Source: Patescibacteria group bacterium (GTDB taxonomy: Bacteria > Patescibacteriota > Patescibacteriia > JAHIZJ01). Taken from it: a stretch of DNA of 64,000 nucleotides. Where the stretch lies: NCBI GenBank assembly GCA_041650335.1, contig JBAZLK010000001.1, positions 228,940 to 292,939 of the forward strand, read 5' to 3'. Positions 10,453 to 19,967 of the stretch are shown here, piece after piece. Every line of letters starts with the position of its first letter. Positions within the stretch are counted from its first letter, which is position 1. The notes below the pieces were generated by a model. The model was not told the DNA's origin. It saw only the letters and a list, made by a program, of their open reading frames with translations, and did not search any database. Both the position numbers and the translations under genes were made by a program.

Positions 10453-10899
10453 ATGTCGGTCAGGGGGTTGGCCGTTTTCCAGCTACGCGCACATTCGTGG
10501 CAACTTCTCGCAGTCAGCGGTGGCACCTCGCTCGCAATCAGTCTGATGTACCTGGCGCTGCTGGCGGGTACAGAAAACCATCTAGCCGCCCAATGGATTC
10601 TGATTGGTCTCGGGGTAGCCGGGTGGTTCGGCTTTGCTCAACAGACGGTGCGGCTTGTCATTGCGGCCGGCCTGCTGGCGGTCGTCTCCGTGGTCACAGC
10701 CGCGCTCTTCAGGCACGATGGTATTTCTTTGGCCGTCGCCGGTCAGGTCGGATTACTGGTCGCAATTATCGGCAGTCTCTACCAGTTGCGAAGTCGTCGC
10801 CCACATCTGCCGAAAATGACCTGGATCATTGTCGGACTCGAGGCGATCGGTGTCGCCAGCGTGGTCTGTGCAACGTTCTTTGCCGCCTTCCCGCAGTAG
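10453..10899 (+). CDS. Orphan integral membrane protein (about 5 TM)
   Basis: Hydrophobic ORF; strong RBS CACGGAGGAGGGTC upstream; TTGACT at 10372; own terminator downstream. Confidence 0.65.
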   Translation: MSVRGLAVFQLRAHSWQLLAVSGGTSLAISLMYLALLAGTENHLAAQWILIGLGVAGWFGFAQQTVRLVIAAGLLAVVSVVTAALFRHDGISLAVAGQVGLLVAIIGSLYQLRSRRPHLPKMTWIIVGLEAIGVASVVCATFFAAFPQ

Positions 10900-10952
10900 C
10901 GAAGGCAGTCGTCTTGGCTGCGGTCAATTAGAAATCCGCCGCCGGAACGACA

Positions 10953-10990
10953 AAAGACCGATGAGCCTCAGCTCAGTCGGTCTTTTTCTT
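10953..10990 (+). terminator. Intrinsic terminator (probably bidirectional)
   Basis: AAAAGACCGA-TGAGC-CTCA-GCTCA-GTCGGTCTTTTT hairpin. Confidence 0.7.
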
Positions 10991-10999
10991 AAGCGGTCT

Positions 11000-12826
11000 C
11001 TATTTTATTTCATACACCCAGATCGAGTCGTCGATGACGGCAATCGGCGTATATGACTTGAGCCATGAATACTCGCCCGATTCAGAGTATAATCCAGAGA
11101 CGCTGATTGCTACCGTCCCGTGAAAATCAGGCAGGCGCTTAATCTCATCATTTGTTGGCGGCGAGGTGTGATTGATTCCGTATGCCTGAGGTTCGGCCGT
11201 CCCAAAATAGTGGAAGTAGATGAAATTGAGATCGTGCTTGTCCATATACTTCTTCAGACCGATCAAGCCCTGGCCCCAGTCTATGTTTGAATCGAGGAGA
11301 TACTTGTGGCCGTTTTTTACGCCGCCAACCGCCTCATTGAAATATGAGAGGTAGTTCGGATAGATCGCTACCGTAGAGGTAAGATAGAAGGCGGTCAGAA
11401 CGATCAAGGCAGTAATCATGGGTTTGCGCCAGCGCTGGGATAATTTGAACGTGGCGAAGGAACCGATCCAGACGAAGATAAACGGATACACAGGCAAGAG
11501 ATGACGGACGCCGAGATTGAGTTTGCTGGTTAGGGTCCAGATGAAATACGCGGCCGGCGTTAGGATCAAGATGTATTTGTCAATAGGTGCTCGCCGAAGC
11601 TTGTGATAGAAATCTCGGAACCAACCGGCGGGCGGGGGAGTGGATCCTTCGACGACCCGGGAACGCCGCACCAGCCAGGCCACAAAAAGGGAAAGCAAAA
11701 CGAACGTGAATAGCAGGGTGACCAACGGCGTCTTGACCAGGAAGGCGATGATAAAGTAGTACCACCAGCCGACGCGCGAATACTGGCCGAGGAGGTATGA
11801 ACTGTGCCCCCAATAGTTGTGATTGGCCAGAACGGCGAAGCCCTTGGCAAAGGTATAGGCCGGCACCGGAACCGTTTTTGCGAGTTGTTCCGTGGCATGG
11901 CCAAGGGAGGTATTGGTGTCGGTGATTTGATTGACGAATTTGAGCCAGAGCTTATCAAATTGCTGCGTCGATTTCCCGGGAGCGAAGCCAACCGACACCT
12001 CCGGATCACTGAAGGCCGTTTTGACCTCGAAGCCATACGTCGCCCAGACGGTGAAGAAAACAATGACGAGAATCATAAGCAGGCTCGGCCAAAACCTGGC
12101 CGGCCACCTCGGCTTTTGTCCGGATGAGTCAGCGGGGAGCACATTCTTTGGCCAGCCCTGCCAGCGCGCGATGAGATAGTAGACCAGGATGAGCGGTATC
12201 AGGATGACCGCTGAAAATTTCGCGACTAATGCCAGGCCTAAAACAAAAGCGAATAACAGCAGGCGCTTGACTGTTGGTCGTTTCAGATAGCGGCTGAACA
12301 TATAGAGTGTCGCGAACATGAAGAGGGCAATGCCGAGATCGGTCGTAATCCAGCGGGCATGGGCGATGGTAGTCGGATCAAAGGCATAAAAAAGCAACGC
12401 CAACAGGCCGCCGCCAAGGCCAAAGAGCTCCTTGGCCCATTTGAAAATTATCAGGCCAAGCACTATACTGAGAAGCATGATTGGCAGGCGACCCCAGAAG
12501 AGCAGCCAGAAATGATCGACGGTGTTGTGATAGAGAAGCCATTGCCCGGCGTACCATTGGTTATTGGACAGCCAGCCTGGGTTTTCAGACAGCGGTGAGA
12601 GCTTCATGAAGAGAAGCGGAAAACCAGCCATCATCTTAATCAGCGGGGGATGCTCGGGATTGAGATGAAAATCCCACAGGCGGACGTAGGAGTACCCAGC
12701 GGCAATATGCGGCGCCTCATCGATGATTTGCGACGACTGAATCGCGCTCGTGATTTCAGCCGTGAACATAATCGCTAAAATAACAAGAACCACAACCCAA
12801 TAGTGTGTTTTGAAAAATTTAAACAT
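11000..12826 (-). CDS. GT-C membrane glycosyltransferase (PMT_2/ArnT/GT39-like)
   Basis: IDEAPHIAAG, NPEHPPLIK, AKFSA, GVRHLLP, DSNIDWGQ, many TMs. Start reassigned to MFKFFK at 12826. Confidence 0.85.
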   Translation of the reverse strand: MFKFFKTHYWVVVLVILAIMFTAEITSAIQSSQIIDEAPHIAAGYSYVRLWDFHLNPEHPPLIKMMAGFPLLFMKLSPLSENPGWLSNNQWYAGQWLLYHNTVDHFWLLFWGRLPIMLLSIVLGLIIFKWAKELFGLGGGLLALLFYAFDPTTIAHARWITTDLGIALFMFATLYMFSRYLKRPTVKRLLLFAFVLGLALVAKFSAVILIPLILVYYLIARWQGWPKNVLPADSSGQKPRWPARFWPSLLMILVIVFFTVWATYGFEVKTAFSDPEVSVGFAPGKSTQQFDKLWLKFVNQITDTNTSLGHATEQLAKTVPVPAYTFAKGFAVLANHNYWGHSSYLLGQYSRVGWWYYFIIAFLVKTPLVTLLFTFVLLSLFVAWLVRRSRVVEGSTPPPAGWFRDFYHKLRRAPIDKYILILTPAAYFIWTLTSKLNLGVRHLLPVYPFIFVWIGSFATFKLSQRWRKPMITALIVLTAFYLTSTVAIYPNYLSYFNEAVGGVKNGHKYLLDSNIDWGQGLIGLKKYMDKHDLNFIYFHYFGTAEPQAYGINHTSPPTNDEIKRLPDFHGTVAISVSGLYSESGEYSWLKSYTPIAVIDDSIWVYEIK

Positions 12827-12854
12827 GGTTGATATGTTCAATAATGAAAAAGCG

Positions 12855-13208
12855 ATGGGCCGCTTCCGCGACTTCATAACCGATCGGATCGTCTTGGTAA
12901 CGGTCAGTTTGGCGCTTATTCTCACCGGCCTGGTCAGCTGGCTCCTCTATACAAAATTTCACCAACAGACGGAATTTGTGCCTCTCCATTATAACATTTA
13001 TTTCGGCATCGATCTATATGGACCGTGGTACCAAATACTCACCCTGCCGGCCACCGGCCTCGGCCTTCTCTTTATTAATTTTATCCTTTCTTTTATACTA
13101 TATAAACGGGTCAAGCTGTTCAGCTACGCCTTGCTGATCAGCCTAGATCTGTGCGGTCTCATGTTACTTGGTTCCGGCTGGCTCATTGTCAGCCAGTTGC
13201 TTACCTAA
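12855..13208 (+). CDS. Small 3-TM protein upstream of mraY (VPLHYNIYFGID motif, DUF1648-like)
   Basis: Three TM segments with a VPLHY motif. Start uncertain (12825, 12834 or 12855). Confidence 0.7.
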   Translation: MGRFRDFITDRIVLVTVSLALILTGLVSWLLYTKFHQQTEFVPLHYNIYFGIDLYGPWYQILTLPATGLGLLFINFILSFILYKRVKLFSYALLISLDLCGLMLLGSGWLIVSQLLT

Positions 13209-13217
13209 CGAAAATCG

Positions 13218-14270
13218 ATGAACATCGCCCAGGATTATCAAATAATAAAAATATTTTCGCTCACCGTCTTGTCGTTCGTTGTGACGATTCTGTGGACTCC
13301 GGCCCTGACCCATTTTTTGTACAAATACAAGCTGGGCAAAAAAATACGCGACGACAAATCAGCGCCGATATTTTCGAGTCTCCATCAAAAGAAATCAGGC
13401 ACACCCGTCATGGGCGGGCTCTTGATTTGGGTAACGACGTTTGCGCTCGCGGTACTCATCTACTATTTGGGCAAGTTCAGCGGTCTGGAGTTTTTTCAGA
13501 AGCTGAATTTTCTGACCCGTTCGGGCACGCTTCTGCCGTTGGGCGCGCTGGTGGCGACCGCGCTTGTCGGTCTGGTCGATGATGTATTGAATGTCCGCGG
13601 CATCGGTCCCTACGGCGGCGGCCTGAAAATCCGCCACCGCCTTTTGATCTATACGGCCATCGCCGCAGTCGGGGCGTATTGGTTTTATTTCAAACTCGAT
13701 TGGGATGTTTTGCATGTTCCGTTTCTCGGCAACTACTCCATCGGCTGGTGGTATATCCCGATCTTTATTTTTGTGATCGTCGCCACCTCGTTTTCCGTGA
13801 ATGAAATTGACGGCTTGGATGGATTGTCGGGCGGAACGTTGTTGGCCGCGTTCGTCGTGTATTCTGTGATTGCCTACGCGCAAGGCCGGTACGAACTGGC
13901 CACCTTCTGCGGGGTGATTGTCGGCGCCCTGTTCGCATTTCTCTGGTTCAATATACCGCCGGCCCGGTTCTTCATGGGCGATACCGGCGCGATGGCGCTC
14001 GGCACGACCCTCGGCGTGGTGGCCATGCTGACGAATACCGCCTTGGTGCTGCCCGTGATCGGCCTGCTCTTCGTGATCGAGTCGCTATCAGTGATCATTC
14101 AATTATTCAGCCGGAAGTTCCTCAAGCGCAAAATATTTCTCTCAGCGCCAATCCATCACCACCTCGAAGCGATCGGTTGGCCGGAAACGAAGATCGTCAT
14201 GCGCTTCTGGGTCATTTCAGCCGTTTCCGCAGTCGCCGGATTGATTATCATTTTGATCGATAAGACTTAA
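13218..14270 (+). CDS. mraY: Phospho-N-acetylmuramoyl-pentapeptide transferase
   Basis: KSGTPVMGG, GLVDD, NEIDGLDGL, FMGDTG, APIHHHLE. Confidence 0.97.
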   Translation: MNIAQDYQIIKIFSLTVLSFVVTILWTPALTHFLYKYKLGKKIRDDKSAPIFSSLHQKKSGTPVMGGLLIWVTTFALAVLIYYLGKFSGLEFFQKLNFLTRSGTLLPLGALVATALVGLVDDVLNVRGIGPYGGGLKIRHRLLIYTAIAAVGAYWFYFKLDWDVLHVPFLGNYSIGWWYIPIFIFVIVATSFSVNEIDGLDGLSGGTLLAAFVVYSVIAYAQGRYELATFCGVIVGALFAFLWFNIPPARFFMGDTGAMALGTTLGVVAMLTNTALVLPVIGLLFVIESLSVIIQLFSRKFLKRKIFLSAPIHHHLEAIGWPETKIVMRFWVISAVSAVAGLIIILIDKT

Positions 14271-14271
14271 A

Positions 14272-14766
14272 ATGTCAGTTAAGAAGTTATTGGTCTTTAT
14301 CGGCAAGCCCGGCGCCGGCAAAACAACCTTAATAAACCAGGCGTTTCCTGATAAAAAGATTATCGATGTCCTGCCCTTTGTGATGTCATTCAAGGTGGCC
14401 GGCAAGGTTCCGGAAGAAAAGACTATAATCGGGTATCGCAACATGTATCGTCATTTGCAGAAGCTCGATGACGATTTTGTTATTTTAGAGCTAGGTACCA
14501 ATCATGCCGATTTTAATGTTGCGGAACTGAAAAAAATAAGCCAGCTGTTTCCGGTTCAGATTTACCTTTGTGTTGCTTCAAACCAGACATTGCGTGAACG
14601 AATACAATCGCGAAATAGGGGCGATGACATGGAAGCCATGGAACGCCGGCTACAGCGCGTTTTTCCGGATGATCACATTACTCTGTTAGAGCGTGCCGGC
14701 CTGAGTTATACCGTCCTCGATATGGAAAAGCCCCTAGCAACACATTCGGCTCTAATTGAGAAATAA
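14272..14766 (+). CDS. P-loop nucleotide kinase-like protein
   Basis: Walker A GKPGAGKTT; LRERIQSR lid motif. Confidence 0.75.
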   Translation: MSVKKLLVFIGKPGAGKTTLINQAFPDKKIIDVLPFVMSFKVAGKVPEEKTIIGYRNMYRHLQKLDDDFVILELGTNHADFNVAELKKISQLFPVQIYLCVASNQTLRERIQSRNRGDDMEAMERRLQRVFPDDHITLLERAGLSYTVLDMEKPLATHSALIEK

Positions 14767-14783
14767 TAACCTATTCATTATCT

Positions 14784-15137
14784 ATGAAAATAATACGGGC
14801 GGCCGAAAAATCATGGACCGAAAAAAAAGGGTATAGTAAAAAAATACTTCTAACGGAAGAAGATTTACAAACGCCCGGCTCACGCGTTCAATTAATTAAA
14901 ATAAAACCGAAGGAAACAGCAAATAATCACTATCATAAAAAACAAACTGAAATTTCTTATTTTCTGAATAATAACGGATACTACATTATTAATGGAAAAA
15001 AACATCAAATTGAGGCGGGCGACCTCATTGTAATTGAGCCAAATGACAGGCATGAGGTAGTAAACAATAGTGACCATGATTTTGTTTATGTGGTCTATAA
15101 AATAAATTATACGGAAGATGATTTCTATTGGGAGTAA
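14784..15137 (+). CDS. Cupin domain protein
   Basis: HYHKKQTEISY and GDLIVIEPNDRHEVVN cupin motifs; AT-rich relative to neighbours. Confidence 0.85.
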   Translation: MKIIRAAEKSWTEKKGYSKKILLTEEDLQTPGSRVQLIKIKPKETANNHYHKKQTEISYFLNNNGYYIINGKKHQIEAGDLIVIEPNDRHEVVNNSDHDFVYVVYKINYTEDDFYWE

Positions 15138-15264
15138 TAGCAATATTGAAAATCGGCCGCTGGAGTTATTTTTTGTAGGCACCGATAGGTAGAAAATATT
15201 ACTAAAACGACTGGCTGTCCCACACAGTTTATTTTTTTTATAGAATTGCGGTATTATGAGATGG

Positions 15265-15384
15265 ATGAAAACGAATTGGAAGGGAAAACGCGTTCTGGTC
15301 ATGGGCTTGGGTTTGCACGGCGGGGGAGTGTCAGTCGCCCGGTTTTTCGCTCGGCAGGGCGCGGCGGTAACAGTTACGGAATAG
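15265..15384 (+). pseudogene. Truncated, diverged copy of murD 5' end (39 codons)
   Basis: [39 protein letters not shown] versus murD at 16281. The upstream region (from about 15224) is also duplicated. Confidence 0.9.
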
Positions 15385-15532
15385 GGGCGATGATATGGAA
15401 GCGATGGAACGCCGGCTACAGCGCGTTTTTCCGGATGATCACATTACTCTGTTAGAGCGTGCCGGCCTGAGTTATACCGTCCTCGATATGGAAAAGCCAA
15501 TGTCGGAGATCCGGTCACAGCTCCAGAACTAA
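15377..15532 (+). pseudogene. Second copy of the kinase gene 3' end with a different C-terminus
   Basis: 15377-15498 matches 14611-14732 with 3 synonymous differences, then reads PMSEIRSQLQN*. Confidence 0.9.
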
Positions 15533-15772
15533 CAGCAATATCATTTTTCATTTCCGTTTACAGGTGAACCATTTTTTTTATTAAGGGAGGAATTCAGCAA
15601 AAATCATTTATAACCGCATCATCAGCGATGAGGATGATCTTTAGATCGTTCATGTCGTCTATTCTTTGACAGACAGTATTTTTTGTAAAAAAAGCAGATG
15701 GGAGTCACAAACGACCACCATCCGCAGCGTGGCTTAGCAGTACCGTGAGTGGCGCCACCTTGCTACGCCCGA

Positions 15773-16066
15773 TCAGCGGGCAGAACCATCATCGATGCTC
15801 ATGAACGCCGAGACCATAGAGGAGAGAACCTCCGTAGCCTTCGGGTAGCGCCGGAGTAGACGAACGATTGCGGCTGTGATCTCCTCATCTCCGGGCATCC
15901 ACGACCTGATCAGGGTGATCTGCGCCTTGAGCTGTTCCTCGACCACGGCTCTGGCCTCTCCGACCGTGTGAGCCACAACCACATCAATCCGATAGCAGTC
16001 TCCTGTCCCGACGTTCACCCTCGACTTAAGGACAAACAACTTGACCGATTCCGTCTTCCTGGGCAT
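15773..16066 (-). CDS. Orphan hypothetical protein (97 aa)
   Basis: RBS AAGGAG; TTGACA promoter element near 16121-16126 (minus strand); hairpin plus T-tract at about 15687-15725. Confidence 0.6.
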   Translation of the reverse strand: MPRKTESVKLFVLKSRVNVGTGDCYRIDVVVAHTVGEARAVVEEQLKAQITLIRSWMPGDEEITAAIVRLLRRYPKATEVLSSMVSAFMSIDDGSAR

Positions 16067-16280
16067 GTGCGATTTCTCCTTCTCTTGCGGCTAGGCAATC
16101 TATCATAAACATAAAACCCTTGTCAAGGAAAAAAACGCTCGCTCACGTGCTTGGGTTAAATCGTCTAGCGACGTCTTTATGCCGTTACGTTTTGTCTATG
16201 AGCATGCCATACTCATTTCCATAACCACCAACCGTTCGCAACAGTTTATTTTTTTATGAAATTGGGGTATCATAATATGG

Positions 16281-17666
16281 ATGAAAACGAATTGGGAAGG
16301 AAAACGCGTCTTGGTCATGGGCTTGGGTTTGCACGGCGGGGGAGTGTCAGTCGCCCGATTTTTCGCGCGCCAAGGCGCAACGGTCACGGTTACAGATTTG
16401 CGGCCGCAGCGGATTCTCAGGCCATCTTTGGACAAACTTAAGGGCTTGCCAATTCGTTATGTTTTAGGCCGGCATCGAAATGAAGATTTCGCTCAGGCCG
16501 ATCTGGTGATCCAAAACCCCGGCGTGCCGAATAACTCATCCTTTCTCGCAGTGGCCAGAAAGCATGGCGTGCCGATTGAAAATGAAGCCGGATTATTTTT
16601 TACCCAGGCAGCGGGGCGGCTGGTCGGTATCACTGGTACAAAAGGAAAGAGCACGGTCTCGACGCTTGTTTATGAGATATTACGAAAACGGGAGCCTGGC
16701 GCACTCTTGGCGGGCAATATCCGCACAACTGCCATGCTGGATATTATTTGGCGACTGAGCCAGTCGACACCGGTCGTGCTTGAACTGTCGTCCTGGCAGC
16801 TTGAAGGACTGGCGAAGCATCGGATAAGCCCGCCGGTTTCTTTGATCACCAACATTTATCCCGATCACTTGAATCGTTACGGCTCATATCGGTCATACCA
16901 GGAAGCGAAGACAATTATTTTTCGTTATCAAAAACTAAAAGACCTCGTCGTGTTGAATTATGACAATCCGATTACGCGCCACTTCAGTCGGCGGGCGAAA
17001 GGACGCGTGATTTGGTTTTCATTGCAGAATCAAGATAAAGCCACCTGGACCGGCGCGTCCGTTTCCGCTGGGACAATTTGGTATCATGCGCGAAAGCGAA
17101 AAAAGCCGGTGATGACCACGGGGGAAGTCCAATTGCCCGGCCGCCACAATTTGGAAAATGTCGTCGCGGCCGTTGCCCTGACCTCGGCCCTCGGCGTACC
17201 AAGGGAAATTATTCGTTCGGTTGTACGAAAATTCCGGGGCGTTTCCGGCCGACTCGAACATGTACGGACGCTTCACGGGGTGCGGTATATCAATGATACG
17301 ACAGCCACCTCTCCGATCGCGGCGCAGACGGCGCTTACGGCCTTAACCGGTCGCGGTCCGATTATTCTGATCGCCGGCGGCCAGGATAAGAATCTGCCAT
17401 GTCGTGATTTTATACGCACGGTAAATAAAATAGTTGAGGCGGTTGTTCTACTGCCGGGTACAGCCTCAACGAAATTTCTCAGGCATCTTCAGGGGACGTC
17501 GGTTATTCGAGCGAGTTCGATGTCAGTTGCGGTGCGCCAAGCGGCGCGTTTGGCGAAATCTGGAACGCAGGTACTCCTTTCGCCGGGGGCGGCCAGCTTC
17601 AATCTCTTTAAAAACGAGTTTGATCGCGGTGAACAATTTATTAAGGCTGTACGAAAGTTATCGTAA
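16281..17666 (+). CDS. murD: UDP-MurNAc-L-Ala:D-Glu ligase
   Basis: [54 protein letters not shown]. Confidence 0.96.
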   Translation: MKTNWEGKRVLVMGLGLHGGGVSVARFFARQGATVTVTDLRPQRILRPSLDKLKGLPIRYVLGRHRNEDFAQADLVIQNPGVPNNSSFLAVARKHGVPIENEAGLFFTQAAGRLVGITGTKGKSTVSTLVYEILRKREPGALLAGNIRTTAMLDIIWRLSQSTPVVLELSSWQLEGLAKHRISPPVSLITNIYPDHLNRYGSYRSYQEAKTIIFRYQKLKDLVVLNYDNPITRHFSRRAKGRVIWFSLQNQDKATWTGASVSAGTIWYHARKRKKPVMTTGEVQLPGRHNLENVVAAVALTSALGVPREIIRSVVRKFRGVSGRLEHVRTLHGVRYINDTTATSPIAAQTALTALTGRGPIILIAGGQDKNLPCRDFIRTVNKIVEAVVLLPGTASTKFLRHLQGTSVIRASSMSVAVRQAARLAKSGTQVLLSPGAASFNLFKNEFDRGEQFIKAVRKLS

Positions 17667-17667
17667 T

Positions 17668-18828
17668 ATGTCGCTACCCGTACGTCGGAGCAATCGAATC
17701 GTCTCGCAACGGAATTGGCACGCGCCGGATTACGTTCTGCTTGGCGTGCTTGGCGCTATCGTTGTTATTGGTATTGTGATGCTGTCGTCGGCCAGCACAG
17801 TGGTCGGTTTTGAAGGGTTCAACGATCCAAACTATTACATCAAACACCAGTTGCTCTATGGGATATTGGTCGGCGCGGTTGGGTTTTTTGTAGCCTCACG
17901 GCTTGATTATCATATCTGGGACAAACTCGCGTTTCCACTATTGGTCATGACGATCATCGCGCTCCTCTTGGTGTTCATTCCGGGCATCGGACTGGGTCTG
18001 AAGGGCGCCAATCGTTGGATCAATCTCGGCGCGTTCACGTTTCAACCGGCGGAAATGGCCAAGCTGACCTTTTTGTTGTATCTCTCGAGCTGGCTCCAAA
18101 AGCGAGGTGGCGGCATAAAAAGTTTTTCCTATGGGTTTCTTCCATTCGTCGTGATTTTGAGCGTCTTGGCTGGCTTGATCATTCTCGAACCGGATTTCAG
18201 CACGATGCTGGTGCTGGTCTTCATGTCGGTAGCAGTATTCTTTGTCGCCGGCGCGAACCTTGTCCATATGTCGTGGTTTGGCGCCATCGGTGCCGGCTTA
18301 TTTTTACTGATCATCAAAATCGCCCCCTATCGGGCGGCGCGTTTCACCGTCTTTCTTCACCCGGAAATGGATCCGCAAGGGATCGGCTATCATATCAATC
18401 AAGCGCTTTTGGCGATCGGATCGGGCGGTCTTTTCGGATTAGGACTGGGTCATTCCCGCCAAAAATATAATTATCTCCCAGAGGCGCACAGCGATTCAAT
18501 CTTCGCGATTATCTCTGAGGAGCTCGGTTTTATCTTTTCCGTGGTCTTAATCAGTCTCTATCTATTTTTAATGGTCCGGGGTTTTCGGATTGCCCGGCGC
18601 GCCCCTGATAATTTTGGGAAATATATTGCCGTCGGAATTACGATTTGGATCACCTTTCAAGCGGTTTTCAATATCGCCGCCATGGTCGGAGTCGTGCCGA
18701 TCTCAGGCATACCACTGCCATTCATCAGCCACGGCAGTACGGCCGTAGCGTTTTCACTTATTGGTATGGGCATATTAGCAAACATATCAAAACAAACGGT
18801 TACCGCGCCAGCGCCCGAGCGACGGTAA
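17668..18828 (+). CDS. ftsW: SEDS peptidoglycan polymerase FtsW
   Basis: GANRWI, QPAEMAK, EPDFST, AIGSGG, YLPEAHSDSIF, PFISHG. Start reassigned to 17668. Confidence 0.94.
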   Translation: MSLPVRRSNRIVSQRNWHAPDYVLLGVLGAIVVIGIVMLSSASTVVGFEGFNDPNYYIKHQLLYGILVGAVGFFVASRLDYHIWDKLAFPLLVMTIIALLLVFIPGIGLGLKGANRWINLGAFTFQPAEMAKLTFLLYLSSWLQKRGGGIKSFSYGFLPFVVILSVLAGLIILEPDFSTMLVLVFMSVAVFFVAGANLVHMSWFGAIGAGLFLLIIKIAPYRAARFTVFLHPEMDPQGIGYHINQALLAIGSGGLFGLGLGHSRQKYNYLPEAHSDSIFAIISEELGFIFSVVLISLYLFLMVRGFRIARRAPDNFGKYIAVGITIWITFQAVFNIAAMVGVVPISGIPLPFISHGSTAVAFSLIGMGILANISKQTVTAPAPERR

Positions 18829-18890
18829 AATATACAAAATAGCAGCCGATAGATCGTTGACGGAACTGTGACATTTGCTATAGTTTAGGT

Positions 18891-19967
18891 ATGAAGATAC
18901 TTCTGACCGGCGGTGGCACAGGTGGGTCGGTGACACCATTATTAGCGGTCGCAAACGAAATTCGATTACAATATCCGGAAGCGGATTTTCTTTTCATTGG
19001 GACGCATAAAGGACCCGAAGAGATTTTCGCGCAAACGGCTAAGATACCGTTCCGATCAATTCATTCCGGCAAATATCGCCGTTATTTTTCACTGAAAAAT
19101 TTGCGCGATCCGTTTCTGGTGCTAGCCGGTTTTTTTGAATCGCTTTCAATCCTGCGGGCATACCGGCCGGACGTTGTCTTCGGGGCTGGAGCGTACGTGA
19201 GCGTTCCGGTCGTCTGGGCGGCTTGGTTTCTGGGCATACCGTCACTGATCCATCAGCAAGACGTCAATAAGAGTTTTGCCAATCAGCTCTGTCAACGCGT
19301 AGCCAGCCGTATTAGCGTAACCTTCGAGTGGTCGTTAAAAGATTTCCCCGAAAAAAAAACGCGCTGGATCGGCAATCCGATCCGCCCTGAATTGTTACAA
19401 GGTGACCGCGGACGGGGGATAAAACTCTTTGGCTTGGATCCGGCTATTCCGACGGTCCTGGTTTTTGGCGGTGGGACGGGCGCGCAAAAAATAAATGAGC
19501 TGATGGTCGGCGCGACCCTGAAACTGACAGAACATTGCCAAATCATACATCTCTATGGGAAACGGAAAGAATTAATACGGATAAATAACGAACGCTATCA
19601 CGGCTATGAATTTTTGGGCGATGAGATGAAAGATGCTTTTGCGGTCGCCGATGTTGTTGTCTGCCGGGCCGGACTGGGAAGCTTGACCGAAGTGGCCACG
19701 CTAGGAAAATCAGCCGTTATCATCCCAATGCCAGCGACGCATCAGGAAGCGAACGCCATGATCTTCCATCGCGCCAATGCCGGCGTCATTGTTGATCAGC
19801 GCACCCTTGATCCAAACTTCTTGGTGAATATTGTCGTCGGGCTACTCTCAAATAAAACCTGGCGGCAAACATTAGAAAAAAACGTCCGGACGCTGGTTCG
19901 ACCAGATGCCCGCCAGACTTTAACCGGCGAACTCCTTTCGCTCGTGAAAAAAAAGCATGGATCTTAA
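18891..19967 (+). CDS. murG: MurG glycosyltransferase
   Basis: TGGGTGG, GNPIR, GGGTGA, HQEANA. Confidence 0.95.
   Translation: MKILLTGGGTGGSVTPLLAVANEIRLQYPEADFLFIGTHKGPEEIFAQTAKIPFRSIHSGKYRRYFSLKNLRDPFLVLAGFFESLSILRAYRPDVVFGAGAYVSVPVVWAAWFLGIPSLIHQQDVNKSFANQLCQRVASRISVTFEWSLKDFPEKKTRWIGNPIRPELLQGDRGRGIKLFGLDPAIPTVLVFGGGTGAQKINELMVGATLKLTEHCQIIHLYGKRKELIRINNERYHGYEFLGDEMKDAFAVADVVVCRAGLGSLTEVATLGKSAVIIPMPATHQEANAMIFHRANAGVIVDQRTLDPNFLVNIVVGLLSNKTWRQTLEKNVRTLVRPDARQTLTGELLSLVKKKHGS

Noticed and set aside
15246-15455. 69-aa ORF in the ORF track (and similar 16256-16441)
   Set aside because: Off-frame readings of the duplicated murD/kinase segments.
15582-15655. Minus-strand mini-ORF MNDLKIILIADDAVINDFAEFLP resembling a receiver-domain start
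   Set aside because: Too short and without further motifs; cannot be supported as a pseudogene.
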